From the NCBI RefSeq assembly GCF_006345805.1, contig NC_042999.1, positions 136,276,001 through 136,340,000 of the forward strand: 64,000 nucleotides of DNA. The letters run 5' to 3'. Positions 51,901 to 64,000 of the stretch are shown here, piece by piece. Below the pieces are notes generated by a model. It worked only from the letters and a program-made list of their open reading frames with translations, made no database searches and was not told the origin of the DNA. Each line of letters starts with the position of its first letter. Positions within the stretch are counted from its first letter, which is position 1. Position numbers and translations under genes: made by a program. The DNA comes from Octopus sinensis (taxonomy: Eukaryota).

Positions 51901-52937
51901 GGAGACTCATAGCTAGTCTGCTATGCAGTCAAGCTAAAATGTAGTATTTTGGTTCATGCAATAGGCTGATACATGCAGTATTCTTTCTTCAAACTATTAT
52001 ATTATGAGTCATGCTTTTCTTTTTTTTTTTGATGGCTAAGGAAGCAACCCTATTTTCAAGAACTCCAAGAGATTAGGGATAGAAATGGAAGAAGGCATGA
52101 CTTATGAGTTGCTGCTGTGGGAAATAATACTTCAAAATACTGAGATAAACTCAGACAGTGACCAAGCTCGTAACAGAAAAAAACCACATAAAGGCCCAAA
52201 ACATCCTCCATAGAATTTCTATTTACTCAATTTCACTTACAAGACTTGAATCAATCTGAGGTTGTAGTAAAAGGCACTTACCAGAGTGCCATACTGTAGG
52301 ATTTAGCACAAACTACAAGATTATAAAGCATACTTTGTGACTATGTGACAATGCTAACACCCATTTGGATCTTATTGTATTTTAAATATTTCAGTAAGTT
52401 CCTCTGCTGAAGCAAGAAATAAGAGATCACTGCTGTCCTTTCTCCCAACCACCTTGTGTTAACCCAAGACATCTGATCTAAAGGAGTGAACATAAGTGAC
52501 CCTTGCAAGAATTCTTTCCTATTTCTATCAGCAGATATAGAAGCTGTCCTTATTGGTTGTGACATCAAAGATTTTAAATTAAAAAAGCATTAAACATGGC
52601 ATGCACATGTATGAGTGTAAAATGAAGTATTAAGTGCGGCATGCACAGTTATGAATGTAAAATGTGTAGAAACTCAACAAAGATACCAGCTTCTCCTTCT
52701 TGACAATTAATTGATACTCAAAAGCTAAGATATTTAATGTTGGACACACAATCTTCCTCAAGATTACTTCTATGTAGACATTTCTTTGTCTCTGAGCAAC
52801 TTTGAGAAGAAATAAGTCACAGGAACATGATCAGATAGCTGTTTTGTTTTCAAACACACATTCACACATACAAGTGTTACCCATCGACAGATAACTTTGG
52901 AAGTATAATTTGGCTACTATGAGTAATTACAGAACAT

Positions 52938-53170
52938 AAGGTGGCGAGTTGGCAGAAATGTTAGCACGCCAGGCGAAATGCTTAGCGGTATTTCGTCTGC
53001 CGAAACGTTCTGAGTTCAAATTCCACCATGGTTGACTTTGCCTTTCATCCTTTCGGGGTCGATAAATTAAGCACCAGTTATGCACTGGAGTCGATGTAAT
53101 TGACTTAATCCCTTTGTCTGTCCTTGTTTGTTCCCTCTATGTTTAGTCCCTTGTGGGCAATAAAGAAATA
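52938..53170 (+). mobile_element. SINE family B copy
   Basis: Full-length match to 2444-2670. Confidence 0.85.
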
Positions 53171-55189
53171 AGAAAATAATTTAACTGCTATCAAATTGCT
53201 TGGTGTTTGTACAAAATGATGAAATGAATACTAATTAAAAATTTATGTGTATGTGCATGAATATGTGGGAATGTCTATATGCATATCTGTGTGAATGCAT
53301 ATTTGAATATATATGTGTGTCTGTGAGCATTTGTGTAAGCATGTTTATATATATTTTGTGCATTGATATTTATACACACAGATTTCTGAGTGTGTCATTC
53401 TCACTTTACATAATAAAACCATATTTCTCTGTTTACATTTGATACCAACATATTTACAGTTATGCTTATTCATCTTTATAAAATTTTATTTTATAGAGAC
53501 AAATATAAAACATTGTTTTACATTTCAAACTGTTTAGATACCTTTTCAATTGATGATTCTTGTCTTTGTTACACAATTTTCATTGTTTTACAAATAACTT
53601 TTCATATATGATATGCTTTAATTTTTTTCCACAATTCTTTTATAAAAGACTGCTTCGTCTCCTCTGTCTATCTCTCAACCTATTGCTTTCTCCCACTCTT
53701 CCTCTCCCATTTTCTACTTTGTTTTATGTTTATTTCTACTACATTTTTTAATATTTTATTACAGTTTGAACTGCTGTGCTTTCATTCCTCTCTCCTTTGT
53801 CATTTACTACCCCCCCTCTTCCTTCTCTTTTCCTTTGTCTATGCTATTCTCTCTCATTGCCTACCACCAAGCCAAGTATGTGCACTCATCCTACACTTCT
53901 TATATTAACTCTCTCTGTATCTCTCTTTTGCTTTCTCTCAACCTATCTCTGTACAATGTAAAGCATGACTGGAGAAATCAATCAACCACTTAACATTTAT
54001 CTCAGTGATTGTGTGTGTGTGTGTGCATGCAAACATATGTATGCAAACAGAAACCAGCGCATGCCCACGCGCATGCACACACACAACAGCTTTGAAATAA
54101 GAACAGCTAATCCTGAAAACCTCTTTTGAAATCTGCTTCCCTAGTAAGTGAGAATTCCATAAATCTATATATAAATATATTAAACTATGTATGTTTTATA
54201 TGCATGCATGCATGTATGTATGTACATACGTATATACATATTGTGAAGATATAGTGTCACCTCATTAATACATGTTCTATTACTCTTCAACTTGTTTTAA
54301 AATAATTTTATTTTCGCACACACATAAATTTAGAAGTCCTTTTAACATTTAGGTAATATATAACACTTTTATTTTCATTTGCTACAATTTTGCATTTATA
54401 TCTTTTTAACTCACTTTGCTATTTTGTTGTGCATATCTTTTGGTAGCCATTATCAAGAGACAAGAGTACATAGTACATTCCAGTACATTCCACAAGACTT
54501 TATGAATGACATGCCTAACAAAAAATTACCTTGAACTTTTAATTTTTAAAGCATGTGTGGTTCATTTAATGACGAGCCATGTGCCATGCAGTCCACTTTC
54601 CCTCCTTCCACTTGACTTCTAACTCACAATCAGAGAGGGAGGTAACATCATCAAAACCAAATTTCACATGGTAGCCACTTGCAGAGATCTGCTCATCTAC
54701 GGAAGATCAGCCCTCACTATCAGTGCTAAGGCTGGGTACATAGATAACAAACCATGCAAAAGAGACCTTAGATCACACTGTATATATCTTTTATATTTTG
54801 CTTGTTTCAGTCATTGGACTGTAACCATGTTGGGACACCACTTTAAAGGGTTTAGTCAAAGAAATCAACCCAGGTGTTTATTTTTTGCCAAACCAGTAAA
54901 TCATGAGGACATAAACAAACAAACACCAGTTGTCAAATGGTGGTGGGTTACAAACATACACCCACACATATGTACATATATACAGACATATATATCACTG
55001 CATCAGTGTATTGGCCAGACTATCAGACAGTTGCTATACATGACTGGTCACAATAAGCTTCCTTATATTGTAACAGCTTTTAAATGAAGCCACCCCACTA
55101 GCTAGATAGGCAGGCCAGCATTCCCTATGAATGGAATGCCGGTCTGTCAGAGTTACCCATTTACAACTGCATGGATATATAAATATATA

Positions 55190-55350
55190 GGGTGAGTTTA
55201 CGAAAAAAAACAAAAGACGAAGACAGGTGGTGTACAAAAAAAACAGATGTATTAGTATAACGCTCAGGAATAGAAAAAAGTCTTTTATGTTTTGAACCTA
55301 CGTTCTTCTACAGAAAGGGACACAGAAAAAACAAGGAGAGAAAAAAATGT
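55190..55350 (-). mobile_element. Second copy of the hammerhead-like repeat (motif 55281-55317)
   Basis: CTTT-CTGTAGA-A-GAAC-GTAG-GTTC-AAAA-CA-TA-AAAG, with flanks clearly homologous to 16005-16180. Confidence 0.55.
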
Positions 55351-55380
55351 GTGTAGTGGCTAGCGATCACTGTGCAATTA

Positions 55381-55480
55381 CTAAAGAAAATAGTCTAATA
55401 ATGGGGCATATAAGCCTTTGACAGATAACCTTTTATCCATCGAGGGCTTATATGCCCCATTATTAGATTATTTTCTTTAG
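55381..55480. mobile_element. 100 bp hairpin MITE flanked by TA
   Basis: About 41-bp arms CTAAAGAAAATAGTCTAATAATGGGGCATATAAGCC / GGCTTATATGCCCCATTATTAGATTATTTTCTTTAG, with TA at 55379-80 and 55481-82. Confidence 0.75.
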
Positions 55481-55509
55481 TATATATATATACATGTGTG
55501 TGTATGTGT

Positions 55510-56100
55510 GTGCTGACATGGCTGTGCAGTAAGAAGTTTGCTTCCCAACCACATGGTTCCAGGTTCAGTCCAACTGTGTGGCACCTTGAGCAAGTGTCTT
55601 TAACTATAACCTCAGGCCAATCACAGCCTTGTGAATGGGTTTAGGTGAGAGAAACTGAAAGAAGCCCATTGTGTGTGTGTGTGTTTCTGTCTGAGCTTGT
55701 GTCTGAGTTTTGTCCCTCACCACTGCCTAACAACTGGTATTGGTATGATTACAAACCCACAACTTTACGGTTCAGTAAAAGAGGCCAATAGAAAAAGTAC
55801 CAGGCTTAATAAAAAAAATAAGTTCTGGGGTCGATTTACTCAACTAAATTTCTTCAAGGCAGTGCCCCAGCATGGCCACAGACAAATGACTGACACTAGT
55901 AAAAGATAAAAGATATACACACAAACACACACACACACACACAAAGGACTTCAACTCAGATTCCATCAACCAAATTCACTCATGAGCCATTAGGTGGCCT
56001 GGGGCAATAGTAGAAGATACTTGCCTAAGGTGCCGCACCATGGGACTAAAACTGAAATCACACAGTTGCAAAGAGAGTTTTTTAACCACACAGCCACATA
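55510..56100. mobile_element. Tail-to-tail pair of family-A SINEs (plus 55510-55915, minus 55940-56100)
   Basis: Opposite-orientation matches meeting at a (CA)n tract. Confidence 0.7.
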
Positions 56101-57374
56101 TAACATTACAATGAGATAAATATTTTGAAGCATGTTTACAAGTATTATGAAGCATGTTAACAAGATAATTAAATAGCTAAGACCTGTAAGTTGTATGATA
56201 ATAAAAAAAATTGATAGTATAGTGTTTGTGTAGATGCCATGCTGAATTGTGAAATAGCTAACAGGCATAAGAAAATCTTGTGAGAAACCAACTTCACTGC
56301 CAAAATCAATGAAAAATAAGTAGATCAATGAGATAAATCATCTGTAAGTCCTAAATTCTTGACCAATACACCAGTAAAATGAATAACCAGATGTTTGCGA
56401 AATCCACTAACCCTTTAGTATTCAGATTGCTCAGTCAAATGTAATTCTTATTATTCACATTGTTTTGAATTAACTATACATTATCTCATAGCTTCCAGAT
56501 TACAATGATGTGATCGTTTATTTTTAGAATGACATTGTAAGGTAGGTGTGACAGGTCAGATCTGGTTGGTTTGAAATTAAAGCAGGTAGAATATTTGGAC
56601 TAGACATACCTAGTTCAACCTTTTAGCATTCACATTATTCTATCAAAACTAATGTTTATTTATTCACATTGTTTTGAATTTACCATGCAGTCTTTCCAAT
56701 GATGTCATTGAGGTGATTATATAGTTTTTAAATGACATTGTAGTGGGAGATGAGGAGAGATCTGGTCAATTTGGACATAAAACAGGTAGAATATTTGGAC
56801 CAGATATGGCTAGAGTAAATGTGAAAGGACTAAACACTAAAGGGCTGAGATATGGTATATAAGGTGCCAAGAAGGACAGTACACAAACCTTACCAAATCT
56901 GACATGACAGACTGATCAGAATGTGGTAAATGGGTTCACTGAAAATTGGAGTAGCTCTACCAAAAGAGAAAATAACATCCATATCATGCCAACATACATT
57001 AAATAGGCAAGCTGATTCAATCACTAGATGCAATGAAGAGTAGGCACACACTCATGTGCAAAAGAAACATAGTGCATGTGCATCCATACATACAGCTAGA
57101 TACATGCACACAATAACATATTTACAAATGTATGAAACTCTTGATTTAAATGAATAAATCTTGTCAGTTTTTTAATGTCTGGTTTGAATCCTAAGAACTT
57201 AAATCTTGAAGAGAAACATATATACATTCATACACAAACTCGCATACACATGTACATGCATATGTATGTACATACATACATACATAAACATATATATGAA
57301 AGGCAACACATTGCATTATTTGCACTGTGTGGTTATAGATTTGTATCCCCTCTAACAGGAACATATCCAGTGAG

Positions 57375-57760
57375 AGATATATACTATTTAATAAACACAA
57401 TATATATTTTTATGTGTAACTATTAGTTTCATGTGCTGAGAGCATGCCAGTCAGCATTTTTTATACATCAGCATTTTTTAGCACAATCATCAGACACTGC
57501 CCACATAGGATGATAGCAAAAGCAAGAAAATGTGAGAAAGAAGTAGATATAAAAGGTAGATGGGTGAAAAATCAGAAAATGAAAAAGAATACATCTTTCT
57601 CGCCTTTTCTCTCATCTTACCATCTCATTTTTAGTTTGTTATGCCATGTGAGCAGTGCCTGAAGATTGTGCTAAGATACCAGATGTGTTAAAAATACTGT
57701 CTGGCATGCTCTCAGCACATAAAAACATAGTGTTTATTAAATAATATATATATATTTATA
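57375..57760. repeat. Old foldback/MITE with about 150 bp degenerate arms
   Basis: ATGTGCTGAGAGCATGCCAG (near 57430) versus CTGGCATGCTCTCAGCACAT (near 57700), with pairing extending on both sides. Confidence 0.65.
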
Positions 57761-59384
57761 AATTCTAACCATCCTTCAATAATCCTTAAAATATTGTTAA
57801 TAATATTAGCAACCATATATCCAGCTTGTCCTATGATAAGGAATCCTGTAATCATAATATTATTCATTATTATAATAATGCATTAAAACACAGTGACTTC
57901 AAAGAATTGTAATGGTGTGTTGGACTCTCTTATCACTTCAACAAAGATTCAGCTATAAGGAACATTATTATAGAGAGCATGGTTTGTGCAGAGTCAAACC
58001 TGCTCTATCACCCTTCAAGCTTGTACTGATCTGGTGCAACAAGTATCACAAGGATGCAGGATTTGTATGGAGTTACCTTCTCTTAGATGAAGAGCTAAAG
58101 AGCTGAAAGGACTCATCTGCTTTGGGTTCATTGGAGTGTCTCTAAATGGCCATCTGGAGGCAATTCCACGATATTCTAATTAACCCATAGCTGGAACCCT
58201 AAGTGGTATATACTACTTCAAATTAGAGTAGATCTGGGAAGAATAGCATTTAAAAGGTGGTTCTACACACCTCAAAAACCCTGGAACTCCCAAACTAGGG
58301 CCTCACTACTTTACGAAACTGAACTCATAAGCATGGAAATGGGGAATAAAATATCACAATAAAATCCTCCATATAGTTTAAATATTTGGTCTAATAAGTC
58401 CAGGATTTTCTGAAATCTTTTACTTAGGCATTTCCTGGTAATCTATAAATATCATTAGATCTTTAATAGAAATAACATTAAGGTGAGCTACATTTGCACA
58501 AAAAACTTCTGTACTTCTATAGATAGTATAGACAGAAGAAAACTTTCTATTACAAACTTTCAAATATCCCTTCCTCTTTGTAATTTCAAAAACTGTAATA
58601 TTTGACCGTTCAATAGCGTGAAGTACTATATATCAAGCTAAGATATCTCTTGCAAATAACAGTGAAAGAAAAAAAAACTATATGTGGTTTATTGAAAATC
58701 CCTTTAAAAAAGATTCTGACATATGTATGCTTTCAAACATTCAGAAAGATGTCTTATCACCTCACTAAATATATCTGAAATCTAATGGATAATAACATCA
58801 ACAATTATAAAATCAATTGGTTTTTATAGAACATACATGCCCAGCAATCAATGCTCAGGGAGGTGTGATCTTTTTCTCTCTGAGAAGTGTAAAATCCTAT
58901 ATTTTGCAATATTTAACAAAAGACCGAAATTGTTGAATTATTCAGGCAGACACTATTGTTGGCATTTATTGAGGAATTTCCAATTACAAACTGGCTAGAA
59001 CAGTTTAGTTCCCACCTAATAGATTTTCCATATCCTGAAAGATGATCACATAATAGAAAATAAAACGCATTCATTCACCAACGCAAAAACTTCATTACTA
59101 ATAGTCATATTCCTTGTTTTAAAGTGTTTTATAGAAGACAAAGATATTATAAATATTTTCATGTGAAAAGATGAATACATCATGTGTTCTGAGTATGACA
59201 ACTAAACAGCTGAATTTGTGATGCATTTTCTAAGATTTATTATTCATTAACTTCTTTGCAACAAATCAACTTTCCATGACTAATCATATTTCAGTGTCTT
59301 TAGAATAGTTTTATTTATATATTGTGACACAAGTACTCTTCAATTGTGTAAATCATCAACATCAATCTATAGCATGTAATAAAA

Positions 59385-59590
59385 TATCTTTATGGCATCC
59401 GTCAGTCTCAAACAACCATGGATCTGCACCTGAAGAATTTTTTTTCAGCTGCTGATGGTGATGCAGTATCTGCTGTGGCTGTACAGGCCCACATGGGAGT
59501 GGCAGCTTTGCATGCAGTGACTGCATTTGAAAATGCTCCCCATCAGTGCTGCTGCATTTTTTCTTCGGTAGCAAGTTTCAGTTTCTCTAT
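59385..59590 (-). mobile_element. RTE-clade LINE extreme 3' end
   Basis: The alternative frame reads RRK...FKCSHCMQSCHSHVGLYSHSRYC*, followed by GCAGATCCATGGTTGTTTGAGACTGACGGATGCC, an RTE-type 3' UTR. Confidence 0.75.
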
Positions 59591-62500
59591 ATATATGAAG
59601 TATGTTTTTCTTCAGTTATAAACAAATGCCCACAGTTATTGATTGCCTGACTGATTGATTTATAGACAGATGTATGTGTGTGTGTGAGAGAGAGAGAGAA
59701 AACGAGAGAGCAGAGAGTATGCATGTATGTGATGCATGTGTATCAGCATATGTATGAACTTTCATACACATGAGTGCACACACAAGTCTGCAGGTGTGTG
59801 TATTTTTTTAATTAGATCAGGAAAAAGTATCAGTGGTTTGTTCACAGCTCTATGACTTAATGGTTCTGCAAAAGAGACTTATAGAATAAATACCAGATTT
59901 AAAAAATAAGTGCTGGGGTTGATTAATTCAACTTAATCCTTCAAAGTGGTGCCCCAGCATGACTGCAGTCCAATGATTGAAACAAGTACAAGTTAAAGAT
60001 ACACACACACATATATATGTAGTGATGTAGTGTATAGTAATGGAAAGCAGGAATTAAAGGAAATCCAAATGAATACCTCAGTGTCAAAACTCTATGTGAA
60101 AAACCTGGCTAAAAGAATGTCAGGTAAGCATAATGGGAATCTGTGAAGGTTAAATCTATATGGTGTTTAATATGAACTGCAAATCTGAGAAGATTCAACA
60201 ATCAATTAGTTGGTCCATTTATCATAGAGTATAATAAAGTTACTTTCACAAGTCATGCTAACCTGGTTTCTATGGTATATAAATTTCCCACCTGGATGAG
60301 ATGCCAGTCAGTTGCAGGATCACTCACTTTTGCCAGCCGAGTGAACTGGGGCAACATGAAATGAAGTGCTTTGCTCAATTGTAGTGGTGTGGTGGACTCT
60401 TATCACTTCAACAAACAAAGATTCACCTATGAGGAATGCATCGCCCAGTCCAGGAATCAAAACCACAGTCATACAGTCATGAGTCTAACACCTTAACCAC
60501 TAAGCCAAGCATCTCCACTACAGAGTATAATAGCTAGCAATCAGACAAAATATTATGGCAATGTTGTTGCATAACTTTAAGGTTGTGAATGTTTAGAATA
60601 AGTAGAGGAACTATTTCATCCCTATAAACATTGATTTGTGCATATAAATTTATATGATTCTATTCAACAATTAATTAATCAATTAAACCGCTTTCTCTCC
60701 ACCCTTCTTGTTAGACATTAAAATTATTTTGGCAGATTTTGAGTTTCCAACAAAATATTCTGTTGTGGAAGTGGAGTTACATAGCATCAGAATTAGAAAC
60801 TTCAAGTATTCCCGTATCAAGATAATTCCATTAATGGAGATTCTAGATAACTCACATATCAAATTGCCTTCTTTGACTTAGTATAAACTTCCCAAGATGT
60901 CATCAAGTTTAAAAGTATGCTAGTACAGGGAATATGGAGAAAAATGGAATTTACTACTATATTTTGAATGTTCCAATCACAGTAATGGAAAGGAAGTATA
61001 CAGATATGTTAATACAAAGAAGAGGTTTAAAAGTAATGAATAAAAGAAAGAATGGGAAGGGAGGCTTTTTACTGAATGTATATAATAAATTATTGGTTGC
61101 TTCTATAGGCAATTCTAGATAATATTAGGTTTACTACAGTTAAACCAAATTAAATTAAGGATTGGATGACAGATTATTTAAGAAATGAATACTCAGAATC
61201 AATGAGAATAGAACATACTTAAGTTATTAATGTGGGACTTTTGTGTGGAAATTTTAAAAACATCTTATTAAATAAGAGTGAACAACAAATTAATAATATG
61301 TTATGCTTATCAATTAATTAGATAGTATACATTTGAGAATTTCCAGTGCCTCTATGATGCACAAATGACAGCTATTACTGCTCCCTCTGTAAGGAAGAGC
61401 ACTACCTGCAATAGACCATGAAATGGAGTTGTCAATATTCTGCCCTTTGAGATCCTAGATCCTAGATGATCTTCACCAGCAAAGTGAAGTTTTCTTTTCT
61501 TTTGTATTTAAAAAAAAATGAATATGGCTCTGTAATCTGGCCTTGAAATTCAAAGCCCTATGTAATAATAAACATTCTGAGGTGTTTTAACCATGCATTC
61601 TATATATTAAATTATTCCTCGAGCATTAATTATCCAAAGGATATTTATCATCTGTTAGATATGTAACTACAAAAGGCCTTATTTATTGTAAAAGTGATAA
61701 GGTTATTGCTATATTATTATCATCACCAATTTTGTACCAGATAGATGTGCATTATTTGTAACAGACCCAGATTTCTCTACACAGTCTGAATAAATAAATG
61801 TAGCATCACTATTTCTAATAGCATTCAGTTTCTAACTGTTAATAACTGCTATAATACCTACTAAATTAGGAGTAGTGGAATAAGCAAAGGTAATTTTCAT
61901 TACTCACAAAGGAATCCTATTCCCATGTCTGTTATAATGATTCATATTGGTTTCAAATTTTGGCACAAGGCCAGCAAATTTTGGGGTAGGTGTAAGTCAA
62001 TTAAATTGACCCTGTAGTCAACTAGTACTTATTTTATTGACCCTGAAAGGATGAAAGGCAAAGTTGACCCTGGTGGCATTTGAACATAAAGTTGGAAGAT
62101 GTGTCACTAAGCATTTTTCTGATACAGTAACAATTCTACTACCTTGTCATCTTTATAATGATTTATATAACCTTGACATTTATTATATTTATGTCCTTGC
62201 AAGTATAGTCCACTGTCTTTAGTTATTTTGTATTTCCTTCAGAAATATAACAGTTTTCAGTTTATCCTACCCTAGCTAAAGTGACATTATAATATTCTGT
62301 CTTCTGTAAAAAAAATCTCATTAGTTGATAGCCTAAATTATTTGGTGCATTTTCTTTTTCTAACACCAATACTATAGATGTTATCTTTCCCTTGGCAAGG
62401 CTAAAGAGCCCTCTTAAACCATATGTTGTCAATGTTCACCTCAATCTATAAACCAGTTACATAGTGTACTGAGTGCTTTCATCGTAACACCAGCACTAGT

Positions 62501-63099
62501 ATTGTCACTTTGTAGCTCACAAGAGACAATCCTCATAACTGAATTAGAGTAAAAGTTCAATTATGATGGAAGAAACAGATTTATTTTTATTGTAAGCAAG
62601 CAGTGGAGAGAGTAAGAGAGGGGAACAGTGCTCTTTGGCTGCCATGTTTCAATTTCTTCAATTTTTGTTCCAACTGATTTTATATTTGGTATATTGGTGT
62701 AGTTTTTTTATGGTAATCATTGACATGAAATTCATTTTTGCCATAAATCAATAAAGAGTTAATACCTTTTAAATTTGTAAATTTGGGGTAACTTTAGCTA
62801 ATCTAAAGCCACAGACATATAGATTCCTGTTTCAATAGTAAAAACCATGCCAAAACAGACACAATAGCCTGGGGTAGTCTTCTACTTGAGCGGCTCCTGT
62901 CAAACCATCCAACTCATGTCAGCATGGAAGGCAAACGTTAAATGATGATGATGATACACACACACCTTATTTTCTCCCTATCAGATCACACTAACATAAT
63001 TTGTGCTGGGCTGATGGTGCTCTCTCTTACCCACAGTATATGAAATCTAAAGAGATAAGTTCTAGTGCCCCAAGGATTGGCTCTAGTGTATCCTACCCC

Positions 63100-63790
63100 A
63101 AGAATGGGTTATGTCTCTAACAGTCTTTCTACAAGCTGTCATCTCCAGCTATGCCCACTCTTACACAGATGCCACCCCAACTTTTCATTCCTTCCTAAAC
63201 TTCCATATCTAAGCATCAGTTTTGTGCAGGACAAACACTTTGTGCTCCAAATTCACACTAACACCATGAAAAAGGATCTCGAAAACATCCCCCAACAGAT
63301 TCATGTTAGTCTGGTTTCTTTCAACAATGAAAATAATCACTGCACATACCAAGAGTCAAAAATCATTGAATGTATCAAGAGTAGTCATTGATCTTTATCT
63401 TCACTCTTAAATATGAGCAGCACACAAACTCTTAGAACTGTTTCAAATGCAAGGCTTCACTATTAGTTAGGGTCTCTCTTACAAACACACATCTTCAACA
63501 TAAGACTGGCCTTTCTATTCAGACCCAGAAAATACTTCGACTACCACAACGGCATGCTACTCTCAAAATCTGGGATGTTGCTGCAGCTGCTGATGCACAC
63601 AGATACATCCTGGGCCACATCCAGAAAAGGGTCACTTGACTAATTGGCATAAAGTTACTTACAGACATGCCCCAATCTCTCAAATCCACAAACACACTGC
63701 TGTTTTTCTCTGGCTTTTTCTACTGCTACTAGTTACTCAGAGGTGGTTGAGCTTATGGCACCTCCATTAAAGGACCTGACTTCTCATTTC
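63100..63790 (+). mobile_element. Decayed CR1/Jockey-group LINE RT C-terminus
   Basis: YSQIWDVAAAA...ILGHIQKRVT.LIG.KLLTDMPQSL resembles the EYCSHIW..A...LDRIQKRA.RLI pattern. Confidence 0.5.
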
Positions 63791-64000
63791 TTTCTCTCTC
63801 TACACACACACACACACATACGCATATAGGTAGATGTATGTTATATATATTTTTATTATTAAGAAACAGTCCTCCAAAAAGGAGGACAATGAGAGACTTT
63901 CTACAATTTCAGTAACCATAGAATACACATGGGCAATGAGATAGCTTCCCCAAATTACACATCTGGGGAAAGTGTTGAAAGTTAAGTTCCATTGTGGGAA

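Noticed and set aside
52341-52568. 75 aa minus-strand ORF in unique sequence
   Set aside because: No recognisable family, no convincing splice sites, and a length expected by chance.
59362-59574. 70 aa ORF with QPQQILHHHQQ that looks like a host protein
   Set aside because: The overlapping frame encodes an RTE C-terminal zinc finger followed by an RTE 3' UTR.

Overview
AT-rich animal genomic DNA, almost entirely intronic or intergenic and packed with repeats. The SINE, RTE and Penelope repertoire and the microsatellite load point to an octopus (inference, no database search). Only one host exon is recognisable: an internal coding exon of TMEM245 on the minus strand (9282-9513), so the DNA above it is at least partly that gene's intron. 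Nearly all other ORFs in the track are microsatellite or SINE artefacts. Mobile content includes dozens of tRNA-headed SINEs from about 5 families, two mariner relics, RTE, R4/Dong-type and CR1-like LINE fragments, hAT, Helentron-like and MITE elements, and a decayed tRNA-Arg(ACG). Two features stand out. (i) A 2.85 kb near-perfect palindrome made of two head-to-head, identically truncated Penelope-like (GIY-YIG) retroelement halves. (ii) Minimal hammerhead-ribozyme motifs in four unrelated repeat families, including a tRNA-headed SINE that carries a hammerhead and an inverted copy of its own tail, suggesting a Penelope-mobilised ribozyme SINE system. Coordinates were counted by hand; old repeat boundaries are approximate, and every hammerhead copy here has at least one defect or non-canonical position.
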